Source of the DNA: Kondoa subrosea
Taxonomy: Eukaryota
Length of the DNA stretch: 64,000 bases
Direction: 5' to 3'
NCBI GenBank assembly: GCA_039545335.1
Contig: BCIN01000003.1
Location: forward strand, 1,054,001 to 1,118,000
Made by a program: the position numbers and the translations under genes
The notes under the pieces: generated by a model
Database searches by the model: none
Seen by the model: only the letters and a program-made list of their open reading frames with translations
What the model was told of the DNA's origin: nothing
Shown: positions 13,575 to 25,355 of the stretch, piece by piece
Position numbering within the stretch: the stretch's first letter is position 1
How the letters are laid out: every line of letters starts with the position of its first letter

Positions 13575-15517
13575 TCACTTCTTCTCTTCGATCTTCTTCT
13601 CCTTGTCATCCTCTGCATCCTCATCATTGTCCCCAGTTTGCATGACTTCACCCAATTGAGCAAACAAATCTTGATCTTTGCTAGCCATCAGACTTGAAGT
13701 CCTTTTCAAACTTCTTGCACTTCGTTCTTCTTCACTGACTGGTGTCAGTTGTCTGTTATGAGGAGTAGGTGGGAAGCGATCGATAGCTCCATTGAGGGAA
13801 GAAGAGGTTGATATTCTCGCTAATTGATTTCGATCCTCTTCTGCCGTTTGAGGCGCAAGGGAATATCGTTGAGGTTGAAGAGATTGAGTTGATTGGCGCT
13901 GAGTCGACATTGCGCTTGTGAAGGATTGCGACTCGCGACCTAAGTTGAGAGGAGGAAGAGTTGGTGCTCGAGTCAAGTTGGAGGCTTCTGATTGTAAAGG
14001 AACATCATCTTGATGAATAGTAGGCACAGATTTAGCGGCTAATTCCTCGACGCTGTGAATCCCGACACCTCTTTGAGCTAAGTCTTAGCAAGTGAGAAAT
14101 CGTCTCACCAATCCTTAGGGAAAACACCTCGAGTAGGAACACCATTCTGCATAGCGCTTAAGTTCTCTCCCAATACCCATCCATCATCACTACGCATAGC
14201 ATGTCAATTCATTAATCTGCCTGCAGACGAGAGACACTCACTAAGCCATCAAAATTTTTACTGTGTCGCCGGGGTAAATAACCAGTTCATCAGGCATAGA
14301 AGGTTCGAAAGTTCGATGAACAGTAAACAACTTGTTTGCCCATTGTGGATCTTCGAAAGGACTTTCTTCTTCCTGTTGCTGTTGTTGAGCTTGAGCGAAA
14401 GATTGCTGTTGGAATTTAGGTGAAACATGTCCTGCTGCAGCTATTGCTCCATATGGATTAGCGACTGAAGAGCGAGTTGAAGGAGTACCCATCATTGCTG
14501 CTTTAGGCGGGGCGAAGTTGCTTTGATTTGAACTTGAAGAAGGCAACAAACCACCGACTGGGATAGAAACAGAAGGAGGGATAAAAGGAGACGGTGTGTT
14601 GGTCGCTGAGAAAGTTGCCGGAGAAGGTAAAGGCATAGCTGCATAGTTGTTAGTTTGAGACCAGGAAGTTCTTTGCTGTTGACCTTGTTGCATTGGTTCT
14701 CTTTGAGCCATGTTTTGCATAGAATGAGCTTCAGGTAATCGGTTTTCACCATTGATTGGCTGTAAAGAAGATCGATCCGCAACACCTCCAGGGAAGATAT
14801 CGCTTCCATCCATACTCTTTTCTCTGTTGTAACCACTTGCTGGACTGTTCAAGAGTGTACCATTTTGACGAGATCTTCTTTTCCGCCAAAGCAAAAATCC
14901 AGCAACTAAGGCGACTAAAGCCACGACACCAACAATCACACCAGCTACGATCCCGACTGGAAATTTAGATTCGTTCTCATTTGTTGTAGCATTTTGCGCG
15001 GGTGCGTTTGAGGCGACTGGGTCGAGACTAGATGAAGAAGATGGAAGAGGAGTATTTCTCGCTTGAGTGATCGAACGGGAAGTGGTTGGTGCCGGTTGAA
15101 CAGGTGCAACAGGACCGACTGCTTCTGTAGTTTGTACGACTTGAGCTGGAGTCGTGCTAGTAGTGAGTAATCCAGGATCAACAGCTTGAGTAGTTCTAGG
15201 TAAAGCTGTGGTAGTTTGCACCGGAGTCGTTGTAGATGTAGTTTCTGCTACTATCGGGGTAGCAGTAGTACCTTATTAAAAGGAGAAATCTGAGCGACAT
15301 GGACATGCGAGATAAAGATTTCTATCGACTCACGAACACGCCTAGCTGTTGTTGTTGTCTCCTCTGCATCATCGCCCTCGTCATCACCACCAGCCGGGAC
15401 TGCTGTGGCTGCAGGTCGACCAGCCCTTGGACTGGTAGTCGTTGGATCTGCTTCTTGCGTAGCTGGCACTCTCTGCCTCTTTTGATGCCTCCTTCTCAAG
15501 TCTGTTATATGTGACAT
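13575..15517 (-). CDS. Single-pass membrane protein with Thr/Ser-rich ectodomain and cytoplasmic SH3 domain
   Basis: Thr-rich region, TM GIVAGVIVGVVALVALVAGFLLWRKRR, SH3 VHRTFEPSMPDELVIYPGD..YDDGW..GVFP. Confidence 0.8.
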
Positions 15518-16508
15518 GTCTATGCCGTGTTTGTGTTGTATCAGGGCCTGCCTGCTCTGATTGTAAAAGGAGTGTGGGTGTTTTGTTCGAACGAAAAAGA
15601 AAAGAGCGGAGGTCCGTGCGTTTTATTGCACGAGATGTCTTGTGACGAGTATTCCGAGTTGGGCGAAATGGTCGTCAAGGGTGTTTGTGCTGTTCAGTCA
15701 GGTGATGGTTTCGATGCAAGAGTTGCAGAAAAACAAAACAATCGCAAAGTCAAAAAAATCGTTGAGAGCAAACTAGACGCGTAAAGTGGTCCCGATCTCG
15801 TGATTACCTTGTATCAATGAGCGTACAGTCGCTCAGTAGTGTCGTTAGCTATTGAAGATCTGCAGACGTGGAAATTTTATACATATGTAACGCGACAAGA
15901 CAGTTCCGATGAAGATAGGCCTGTACCCCCTCTCAATCTGTCAATACCGGTAGTCTTGCGAGCTCGTTCTGACTTCTTGATGCTTGTCAGTGCAGAGTTC
16001 GTCCGAGATGTCTCAAAAGACGTCTGAAGAGGCTCCTGCCTGAAGCGTTGCGCATCAATTCTCAGAAGGTAGATCAGGACAAGAGAGGGAAAATTGTCCA
16101 GCATTGGAGTCTCTACTCTTGCACTAGCGCTCGCTTTCGAGAGCCTCGTTGTCCTCCCCGCAGGACAAAGCTTGAACGCGTCGATAAAAGAATGAAGAAC
16201 TGCCGATATCGCTGCTCAAAAGTGAGCAGGCAATAGATTGGCGGCTGATGCAAGAATAATCACAGGTAAGAAGAATGAATAGCAGCCTTAAGAGAAATTC
16301 TGCAAACAGATCACCAAAGCAAGAGCGGTCGAGGCATTGGCAATACTATGTTGACAATCCGGCAGAAAGAATAAGTTCACCACTCGACCAGGTTTGAAAC
16401 ACACACAGACGGCAGAAACAAAGCCCTTATCAGGCCATATGGAAGCAGAGACAAAAGATCTTAAGTACTGTAACAAAGCAGTTCAGCCACAAGCTGTTAT
16501 TGATGTGA

Positions 16509-16544
16509 CAGCATTGAGCAGCATTGAGCAGCATTGAGCAGCAT
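16509..16544. repeat. 10-bp tandem repeat (cagcattgag)x3.6 in the intergenic region upstream of ERG3
   Basis: cagcattgag cagcattgag cagcattgag cagcat read directly. Confidence 0.9.
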
Positions 16545-16912
16545 ATGACCCTGCGACGTTCGACTTATACTCCTGATGGCGCAGAGAGAGAGGCATTGTA
16601 CCAAGTTTAGAAAGCATTAGACTTCCGCGGCCACTTGAATTCGTGACAAAGGGCGTCCGGCAGCTGTGCTTCTTCATTGTTTCGCTGCAGTGCACTCTTG
16701 ACTTGCTATCTAGCATTACTGTACACTCATCCAGTGAGTAAGCACATTATCTCGGCCGCCTGCCGTCGAAACTCGTGCAAGACTTCTCGTTTCTAGACAT
16801 CCATTTGCGCGCCGTTCAGCGTTTCCTTCTCTTGTAACAAGCTACAGTAACACTCACACGCCCTGTCACGGCCTGCTATTGGATATACCCCTTGAAACCA
16901 GAATCAGAAAAA

Positions 16913-16922
16913 ATCACTCCAC
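16913..16922 (+). promoter_or_regulatory. Putative sterol regulatory element (SREBP/Sre1-type ATCACnCCAC)
   Basis: ATCACTCCAC about 95 bp upstream of the ERG3 ATG; a TATA-like tttata lies near 16975. Confidence 0.45.
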
Positions 16923-17017
16923 CTTGTGGAAAAACAGACGACGCACCACTTTTCTCAAAAGCGACTCGGCTGCCTTTATACACACACGAAAGGCGTGCCT
17001 CTCTGTAGCTTCAAGTC

Positions 17018-18623
17018 ATGGATATAGTGCTGGAATCAATAGATGACTACGTGCTGGACTCTGTTTGGGCTTGGCTCCTACCTTTGCGACTTCCTCTGAG
17101 CGATGCTCAACGAGTGGCCAGCAGTCAAGGAATCAAATCTTTGCCTTCTGCTTCAGCTGCAACCCTGCGTTTCCTCAAATCAGCTTTACCGACAGCTTCA
17201 AGCTCTCTAGCCGCTTTAAATACGCTCCTACCGAATCCGACAAATATCAGCCAATCAGAAGAATGGACCACAATATCTGCTTGGCCTAGAGATGATTGGA
17301 GGAGGCAAACATTATCTGTACGCTTTTCAGAATCATTCGCATAATGTGGCCATGCCATATTGAAACATTCTATTCATACACAGCTCACAGCAATCACTCT
17401 CGTTGGCATTCACATAATGTACTTTGTGATAGCTGGCGCTTCATACAAATGGCTATGTAGGCTTCTTTCTAGAATCGATAAGGTGTTAGAACTGAACAAT
17501 CGTCTCCTGTTCTGATAGTCGACCATCGAATGATGAAACACCCAAGATTCATCAAGGGCCAAATACGGATGGAGATTAAGATGTCGCTCATAGCATTTCG
17601 TTCGTTGTCGTTCTGATCCAATAGCTATCATTAGCTGAGTCATTTCTGTTGCGAACAGCAACATTAACAGTTCTTACTGTGCCGTGGTTTATTGGGGAAG
17701 TCAGGGGATGGAGTATGTGTTACGAGAAAGTTTCAGATGGGCCTTGGGGAGGAGGAGCTTGGGGTTATGCGTATTTATTAGCCAGGTTAGCTTTTTTTCC
17801 TTCTTTTGTCATCCATTCTTTCTTTTGGGCTGAGTCATGTGTGTACTTCGTATTAGTGCGGCATTCTTTCTTTGGTTCACAGATCTAGCAATCTACTTTG
17901 TACATCGATGGGAACATCATCCTTCGGTGTACAAGAGGATACATAAACCGCATCATCGGTGGGTTAGTAAGTGATTCGTCAATTGTTGCATATATGTGCA
18001 TTTTTTGACTGCTTCGCTTACAGTACCGACACCGTGGGCGTCACATGCTTTTCACCCTCTGGACGGCTATGCGCAATCGCTGCCGTACCATATGTTTATC
18101 TTCATGTTTCCACTACACAAATGGGTCTACCTTGGTCTTTTCCTCTTTGTGAATCTCTGGACTATCCTGGTGAGTAAGAGAATACTTCCATTTCAAATTT
18201 ATCTGATTGGTATGATTTTCTTCACAGATTCATGATTCCGACATGATTGTGGATCATCCTCTCGAAAACATAATCAATGGTCCAGCGCATCATACGCTGC
18301 ATCATCTCTACTTCACATGCAATTACGGGCAATACTTTACTGTTCGTCTTTTCATCTTGACCTGTATGATCATCATACTTAGATCGATTGAATGCGCACA
18401 GTGGGCAGACAAGTATTGGGACTCGTATCGACAACCAGCGAAAGGCGACGATCCGCTTTTAGCAGTTATTGCAAGATCAGAAAAGCATGAACGAGAAAGA
18501 GCAGAGCAAGTGAAACGGCAGGAAGCGGAACAACTTGCTGCGCTCAGTTTAGCGGAAGGAAGAGCTGCTGATCGATTAATGAAAGATATGGCTGTTGAAG
18601 AAGAAGAGAAGAAGTCCAGGTGA
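17018..18623 (+). CDS. ERG3: C-5 sterol desaturase
   Basis: MDIVLE..D.Y..D, SAWPRD..RQ, His boxes [37 protein letters not shown]. Confidence 0.93.
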
Positions 18624-18910
18624 CATAACCTTATCTTTCTTTTGGGTACTGGAGGAAAGCGAAATTATGACAGAAGATGGACTCTTTTTTTTGGAAAGAG
18701 TGTTTAAAGCAAAAGAGGCTGTCCTCATAAGTAATTTCCCGTTCTAGCTGTTGTTTGTTTTAGATGAGATGATGAAGGAAGAGAGGGGCTTATATTAGTA
18801 ACATAAAGCAAACAACCTTTCCCGAAGAAAAAATTGTACTGTATTGGGCTTTTTCTTTATTAATCTCTAATGCATTATTCAGGGTTTTCTAGTATCCTTA
18901 TTGAACAATT

Positions 18911-20119
18911 TTATTCTTCCATCGATACTGCTACTTGCGACGTTTGCGACAAAACCTCTCTCCCAATTTCTGCCATGTTGTACTTCTTACTCGATTCATA
19001 CAGCGCACCAGGAACTATTGCTAGACCGCAAGTGCTCTTGAATATCTGAACTAGAATAACTTGATCTGGATTAGTGAGATCTGCTTTGACTGCTCGTGCT
19101 GGAGTGTGAAGTGATGAAGTAGGAGGAGTTGAAGACAATCGCTTGATGATTTCCCCTATCGAAGTAATGATGCCGTCTCGTTTCAGAGTATTATGTGATC
19201 GAGTCGTTACTTCAATCTTGAACTGTAAGAGCAAAAGAACCGTAAGCTAATGAGATAGCATATCAGATGTCTCCTTACAGTCAAAGGTTTCGGCGAGGGC
19301 TCATCCTCCCTCAGACCAAAGATGGGTTGTAGTAGCTTTTCGGCCAGCGCTTCTACTGGCTCAATAGCTGCCGCAGAGCATGTAGCTGACACAGGACTCA
19401 TTCTCATGACCGTTCTTCACTAACAAGCTTTTGAGTATATAAAAAAATTCCTGGATAATCTTACTGACTGTGTAGTAGGTTGTCTGCTTTCTATCAATTG
19501 TCGTACAGCAGCTTCAACCAGTGAAACAGGATCCAAAGGTTCAGCGCAAGAGATAAAGATCATGCAGTCCGTATGGGTTTTCCTAGATTGGAATCGTTGA
19601 CCACCTTGAGCTCGAGTCTTCTTGTGTTCTGAGACTTCTTTAGCGATCATTGCTTCTATATCATCATCATCGGCTTCTTTTTCTTCGTCTAGAGACGCAG
19701 TCGGTAGAGATGGGTAGATGCGATCGGCTGTCTATTGTATCAATCAGCGAGAAATAAAGGCTAGCGAAGGAACACTTACTGAATTGAGCAAGTCGTACGC
19801 TTCAAAGACTGCTTTGTACTCCTTTCCTCGGACTGTGAATGCCCGCCAGTTTGATCGAAGATCCATTGATCGTCGTATCAAGATGGCTCACCTGCAGATA
19901 TAAAGATTCCAGGTCCTTGTATACTGTAGATGAGATGAGCATGTTCCTTTGCTGCTGTGCATCGAGACTCACGCCTGTTCATTCTCTCGACCAGCTTTAG
20001 CCAACTTTGTGAGCGAGCGATGATCAGCTTCTGCCCGCTTCTAGCAGATTCACAGCTAAACCGACATTCTTGTAGTATTGCGCTTTTCCCGATCGCCTAG
20101 CTGGATGAGTGGCAGACAT
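18911..20119 (-). CDS. TAN1: THUMP-domain tRNA acetylation adaptor (Tan1)
   Basis: Spliced GPGIFISAVRGKE..A..E, RFQS..T.TDC.IFI, FKIE..RSH..LKR, ADLTNPD..ILVQIFKSTCG, KKYNM. Confidence 0.85.
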
Positions 20120-20180
20120 GATTGAGTGCAGAAGACCTTGATGCAATAATATTCTTATCCTCGAACTGTGTTGAAGACCA

Positions 20181-21671
20181 ATGTCGCACTGCGCCTTGCC
20201 TAGTCTAGATGAGCTCAGCACGCGGTCACCTTCTTATGCGCAACCTCAGCATTTGACTACATTCAGTTATTCGTCCACGAGAAAGTTGCTCTTACCTTCC
20301 ACTGGACAGCAAGATTCTAGTCTACGCTTTTACAAGGAACCTCCGCGACAGGCAGATCTGAAACGAGGTTATGCAGACTGTGTTTGGCGAGATGAGACTG
20401 TTATTGAAGGATTGGATTCGCTACTAGCAACGTATGGCTCTGCAAACTCCTTAGCACAGCCAGGAGGAAGTAAAAAGTTCTTGTATCAGTCTCATGGATC
20501 GACCTACGAGTAACGCGATGGATCAATTGCTCAATGAAACCAAAGTCATCACTTGGAGAGGCATAATGACGAAACTATGTACTTGCGCGTACGAGGAACG
20601 AGATGGCTGGGAAATGGATGCTCAGCTGATCGATGGAACTCTTTACTTGGAAGATCACGTCACTGCTGCTTCTTTGGCTGAAAAGGCAAACATGAAACCG
20701 GATCATCGGTTGCAAAGCTACTTTGGGTAAGCTCTTCCGCTGGACTTTCTCTGTTATTACAAACTCTCACACACGCGATCTAGATACTCCTTCGAATCTT
20801 ATTGCATCAAAGATAGTCCATCTGCACCGAATCGAGATTGGGCTGGTATTCCAAACACAAACGAACAATGGTGCTCGATTGTCAAGACAGAGCTTGAAGA
20901 ATTACAGATTATTATGGGAGGAGAAGTGGACTGTATAGCTCCAGACGCGGATCTACAGAAACCCTCGACGGATTGCTTCATTGAACTCAAAACGACTAGA
21001 AATTTCGAAAATGACGGCGACATCTTGCGCTTTGAAAGGTATATGTCAATTTCTAGCATTCAATCTTGACGATCTGAAAGATGTGGTTCAGAAAGCTGCT
21101 CAAATTTTACATGCAAAGTTGTATGTCTCTATCCAGGAAAGGTCGAACAACAATTCTGAATTCTGGCTTAGTTCTTCTTGGAGTTCCACGCATTATTGTT
21201 GGCTTCAGAACAAGGGAAGGTATTCTTAATGGTCTCCAATCATTCGATACACTCAATATACCCAAGCTGTTCGTCCGGTATTTCTTCACTCCCTCAAGTA
21301 CTGTACCTCAATTCTCTTCTTACAGAATCAGTGAAAAGCCTCATGCATGGGATGCTTGCAAAGCCCTTCATTTGGGTTATATAATCCTTGCGCACATTCG
21401 ATCAACTTTAGAAGAGAGCAATTCTGTTCAACAAGCTCAACAGAAACTTAATCAACATGCTTCAACTCAAGAAGATTTCTTACCTTCTCAATGGACTTGG
21501 CCAGTATTTCGGATCAGGTTCACACCGAGTAAAGATCAGAAAGCTGCTGAATTGAGTGTGGTTGAAGTGAGTGCTGAAGAGCGGTTAGACAGACCGGGTA
21601 CAATGGGCGTTGTTACTACTGGTTGGTTTGAGAGCGTTATAGAGAGAAAGAGAAGAGGGTTTGCAAAGTGA
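20181..21671 (+). CDS. RAI1: RAI1/DXO decapping nuclease
   Basis: QP.HLTTFSY, VITWRGIMTK, GYSFES, EQWCSIVKT, GGEVDC, IELKT, KFYMQSFLLGVP.I.VGFR. Confidence 0.9.
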
Positions 21672-22631
21672 GTGCTGTGTCTTTTGCTAAAGGTAGCTGA
21701 AGATTGCTTGCATAGGTGATTTAATGCCAACGAATTCGTCTTTACTCTTTCCTTTCTATGTCTCATTCACTCCTCTGGTTTATGTTTGCCGGACATATCA
21801 TTTTCTCGCTCTGCTATTTCCTTCTACTTCCGGATGATCCCCTCAGTGATGCAGCTTTCTTCTTACTGCCGAGTGCTACTCCAAAGAAGAGAGATTTGAA
21901 GCATCCTCCAGCGCATCTTCACATGTCGCGAGGACATTAGCTGAACAGGGGTATATCACTGGATTTCTATTATCTGACTACTTAGCGCATCTCACTTCTC
22001 TTGACCTCTTCAGTCGCATTAGATTGGGAGAGGAGTGAGAGAGCTTGTCGAGTACTATCACGCTTTTGTGGCTCGTTCAAATTTCCTACATGCTGTCATC
22101 CCATTCTTGTCACTTGTGGAGATAAAAGGCCTACTGAGCTCGAGCTCGATCGGGCGGTCGATTGCATGCAGTGATAAAAGCGTAAGTGGGCAGTCTTTTG
22201 ATGTCAATAGATGTCAATAGGGTTCTCATCGTGAGATGAAAAGCATAATAATGCAAATCTTGCAAGTTTCTACAGCGCAATCAAACCTTCATGTTTCAGG
22301 CGATTCCTTTTTTCCCTATCTTCTTCTCCGTAGCAGTAGTCGCAATACCGCAGTCCGCTCGTATACGGTAGTACCGCTTTTTGTTCTGGCCGCCTTTACC
22401 GATGTCTATTCATAGAATTCGCGACAGGACAAGCGCAATCTCCAGGACGGAAGCGATCGCGAACCTCTTATGTCCTTAGTGGACGGTGCGGGAGTTCGCC
22501 TTTTTGCTTTATCCCATTTATTTATTGCCATTGTGCCTGGCTGCCTGGCGATCACTTACTGTTAGAATGCTTTTCTCCAGAGTGCCCCTTCTTCTGCTCC
22601 GTATACCTCTCTCTAACCTTATTTGTTCACA

Positions 22632-25050
22632 ATGCCTCTCTCAGGTGCTGCTTTGCAAATCAGTCAGTAGATAATCTCAGCTCTCATGATCGAGCTGAAG
22701 TGTTTGTGAAAACCAGTTGCGTGCATCGCTGTATCCGCTGGTTTCTTATGTTTCGGTTACGATCAATCAGTTGCCAACCCGTACGCGAGTCCATTGGTTT
22801 GACATTATTAAGGCTCACATTCATTCAGTGTTACTGCATCACCCGACTGGGCTAAGACGTTCCCAACAGTAGCCAAAGACCCGACGAAGCTCGGTGCTGT
22901 ACTAGGAGCTTTCGTTCTCGGGTAAGCCTCGCACTACAAAGCGCGCGTCAAGTTCCAGGACTGATCAACCTTTTCAGAGCTGGTGCAGGATGCTTGTTCC
23001 TTTCTCTCTTGTCTGGCGGATTGGGTCGCAAGCCTATCTTGCAGATTGGAGTGTATGTGCGCCTTGTATTTGGCAGACCTTGCAACTCATCTGGCACAAC
23101 AGATTGATCACTCTCGTCGGAACTGGTCTACAGGCCGGGTCTGTTAATTTGGGCATGTGGACAGCTGCAAGAGTCATCAACGGTTTCGGTGTAGGCATAG
23201 TTACCTGTCAGTATCGAATTTCGCGGTTTTTGTTTTCGATGCTAATATTTTGACCTCCATATAGCTGTGGCTCCGACTTTGATGGGTGAACTTGCGTCTC
23301 CACGATGGAGAGGAAGACTGATGGCGATGGAATTGGTGCGATAGCCTCTCTTGCACTGTTGTCAAGTTCTAATCATGAAATAGGTCATCGGTTCCATTGG
23401 TCTTATGCTTGGCTTTATCATGTCTTATGCGTACAGCGGTGTCACTGGCGCCAGAGGTTGGAGAGAGGCATGTCATGCAATATTTTTGCTTCAAATATGG
23501 TGATTTGACATTTTGACCTGCAGCCTCTTGCTTGGCAAGCACCACCGATTCTCATCACTCTCGTCTGCACTCTGTTCCTACCCGAATCGCCTCGTTATCT
23601 AGCAGAGAGTGGACAAATTCAAAAGGCTGAAGCTGTGCTCATTCGTCTTCGTGGACCAGAAGTCGCCGCTCAGGAATTGCTCGAGATCAGGGAAGCCATT
23701 GCTCTGGAACACGCTGTAACGACTGGATGGTCATCTATGCTCAAAAAAGACCCTCAATGTTTGAGATATCGCGTAAGTATAGATTCATCATTCCGCTCGA
23801 CCTTTTGGACTAATCATGATATGACCCTGTTAGGCTATGCTAAATTGGGGAGTCAACGTTCTACAACAGCTCACCGGTATTAACATGGCAACATACGTAT
23901 GTTGTTTGGCCATTATCACCAATATGTACTGATTATAGAATCGTATATAGTACGCAGGAAGGATTATCGGTACCTTTGGCTTCACTCCTTACAACGCAAG
24001 CATTCTGATCATCATGCTCGGTTTGGTGAGTGAAACTGTTTTGCGGGTTTATTAATTGCTGAACCTTTCCCTTACAGACTGGACATCTGGGAGCGCAATT
24101 CGGTTGCTTCATCCTGATTGATCGCATCGGTTAGTCTTTTTACAAACGCCAGCAGATTCGCAGCCTGACCAATTCTATCTAGGTCGTGTCAAATTGCTCA
24201 TGCTCGGATCTACTTTCCTTGCTCTCGGTCAAGCCTTCCTTGCTGGTGGTGTCGCACACATGTGAGTCAAAGCGCCTGAATTAGCAGTTCTCTTCTGATG
24301 CATTTTTCCTCAAATGCTGCAGCGATGGTACTACTGGAGCTGGATTGGCTGCTTTCGGTCTTTTCCTTTTCATCTTTGCATTCTCTGGCACTTGGCTCCC
24401 AGGAGGTTGGCTGTATGGACCTGAAATCACTCCTCTGTGTATTCGAGCAAAAGCTTCTGGGTATGTTTGATTCGATTGCCTTGTGGTGGATCTAGACTAA
24501 TACATATTATCTAGTGTTGGATACATGTGAGTTACTTACAGAACACCTTTGATAGTCACAATTCCTGACTCTTCTCAAGGTTGCAATTCTTGTTCAAGTG
24601 AGTTTCTGAATCTTTCTAATCGATTTCTCTAAGCATTCTTCGTAGTTTCTTCATTGTCGAGATCACTCCAATCGCTATCGAAGCTCTGACATACAAATTC
24701 TACAGTACGGCAATTCGCTTTTGTTGCCTGTTAATCTCGTCTGACATGTCTACAACAGTCATCTTTGCTATCGTGAACGCCTTGACAGTTCCTTTACTGT
24801 ACTTCTTCTTCCCTGAAACTGCCAACTTATCACTAGAAGAGGTGGGTCTCCTTTCTTCAGCTGAATTCGTTCTCTGACTTCTTTTGGGTAGATTGACTGT
24901 CTCTTTGTCGATGGCAAGGTCAATGTTCGTCACGACGCTCACGCACCAGTCTCTCGTGCCAACCTCGACAACGCTATCAAGGGCTCGTCGCATCCTTATG
25001 AAGAAGAAAAGGCTATGGGTGGTGAAGGGCACTATGTGGAACAAATTTAA
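22632..25050 (+). CDS. MFS sugar porter (Sugar_tr), highly fragmented by introns
   Basis: FGYDQ, RVINGFGVG, ELASPRWRG, PESPRYL, QQLTGIN, DRIGR, YGPEITPL..RAK, FFPETANLSLEEID; micro-exons near 24515 and 24580. Confidence 0.88.
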
Positions 25051-25355
25051 ATGGGTTGTAGGATTGTATTCATGGAGCTACAATGAATGTATCAGGTTTG
25101 CGTGCTATACTCTGATTCAACCTGATCTTCACATGGATTAGCAAATTCGCCACACCCCATGATAGGTGTCTCTGGACGCCTTGGAACTCCATCAAATGAC
25201 ACATCTCGACTCTTCTTCACAAACTATCATCTCTTCTCAAGAGCCTTTGAACTGATCAGGCCTAACGACAAAGAGACACACAAGACTTCTTAGAACTCAA
25301 AACTATTACACCCTCACTGCCTTCGCGACACAAAGCGAAAACTCAACCAAAAATC

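Noticed and set aside
15527..16716. Several 60-85 aa ORFs in the long SH3-gene/ERG3 intergenic region
   Set aside because: No motifs or coherent exon chain; more consistent with UTR/promoter sequence.
20432..20513. Apparent premature stop/frameshift between the first two RAI1 ORFs
   Set aside because: Explained by a canonical 58-nt intron (gtatgg..atcag) that restores LDSLLATLMDRP.
25089..25126. Short inverted repeat atcaggtt...aacctgat after the sugar porter stop
   Set aside because: An 8-bp stem is within chance expectation, and there are no ncRNA hallmarks.
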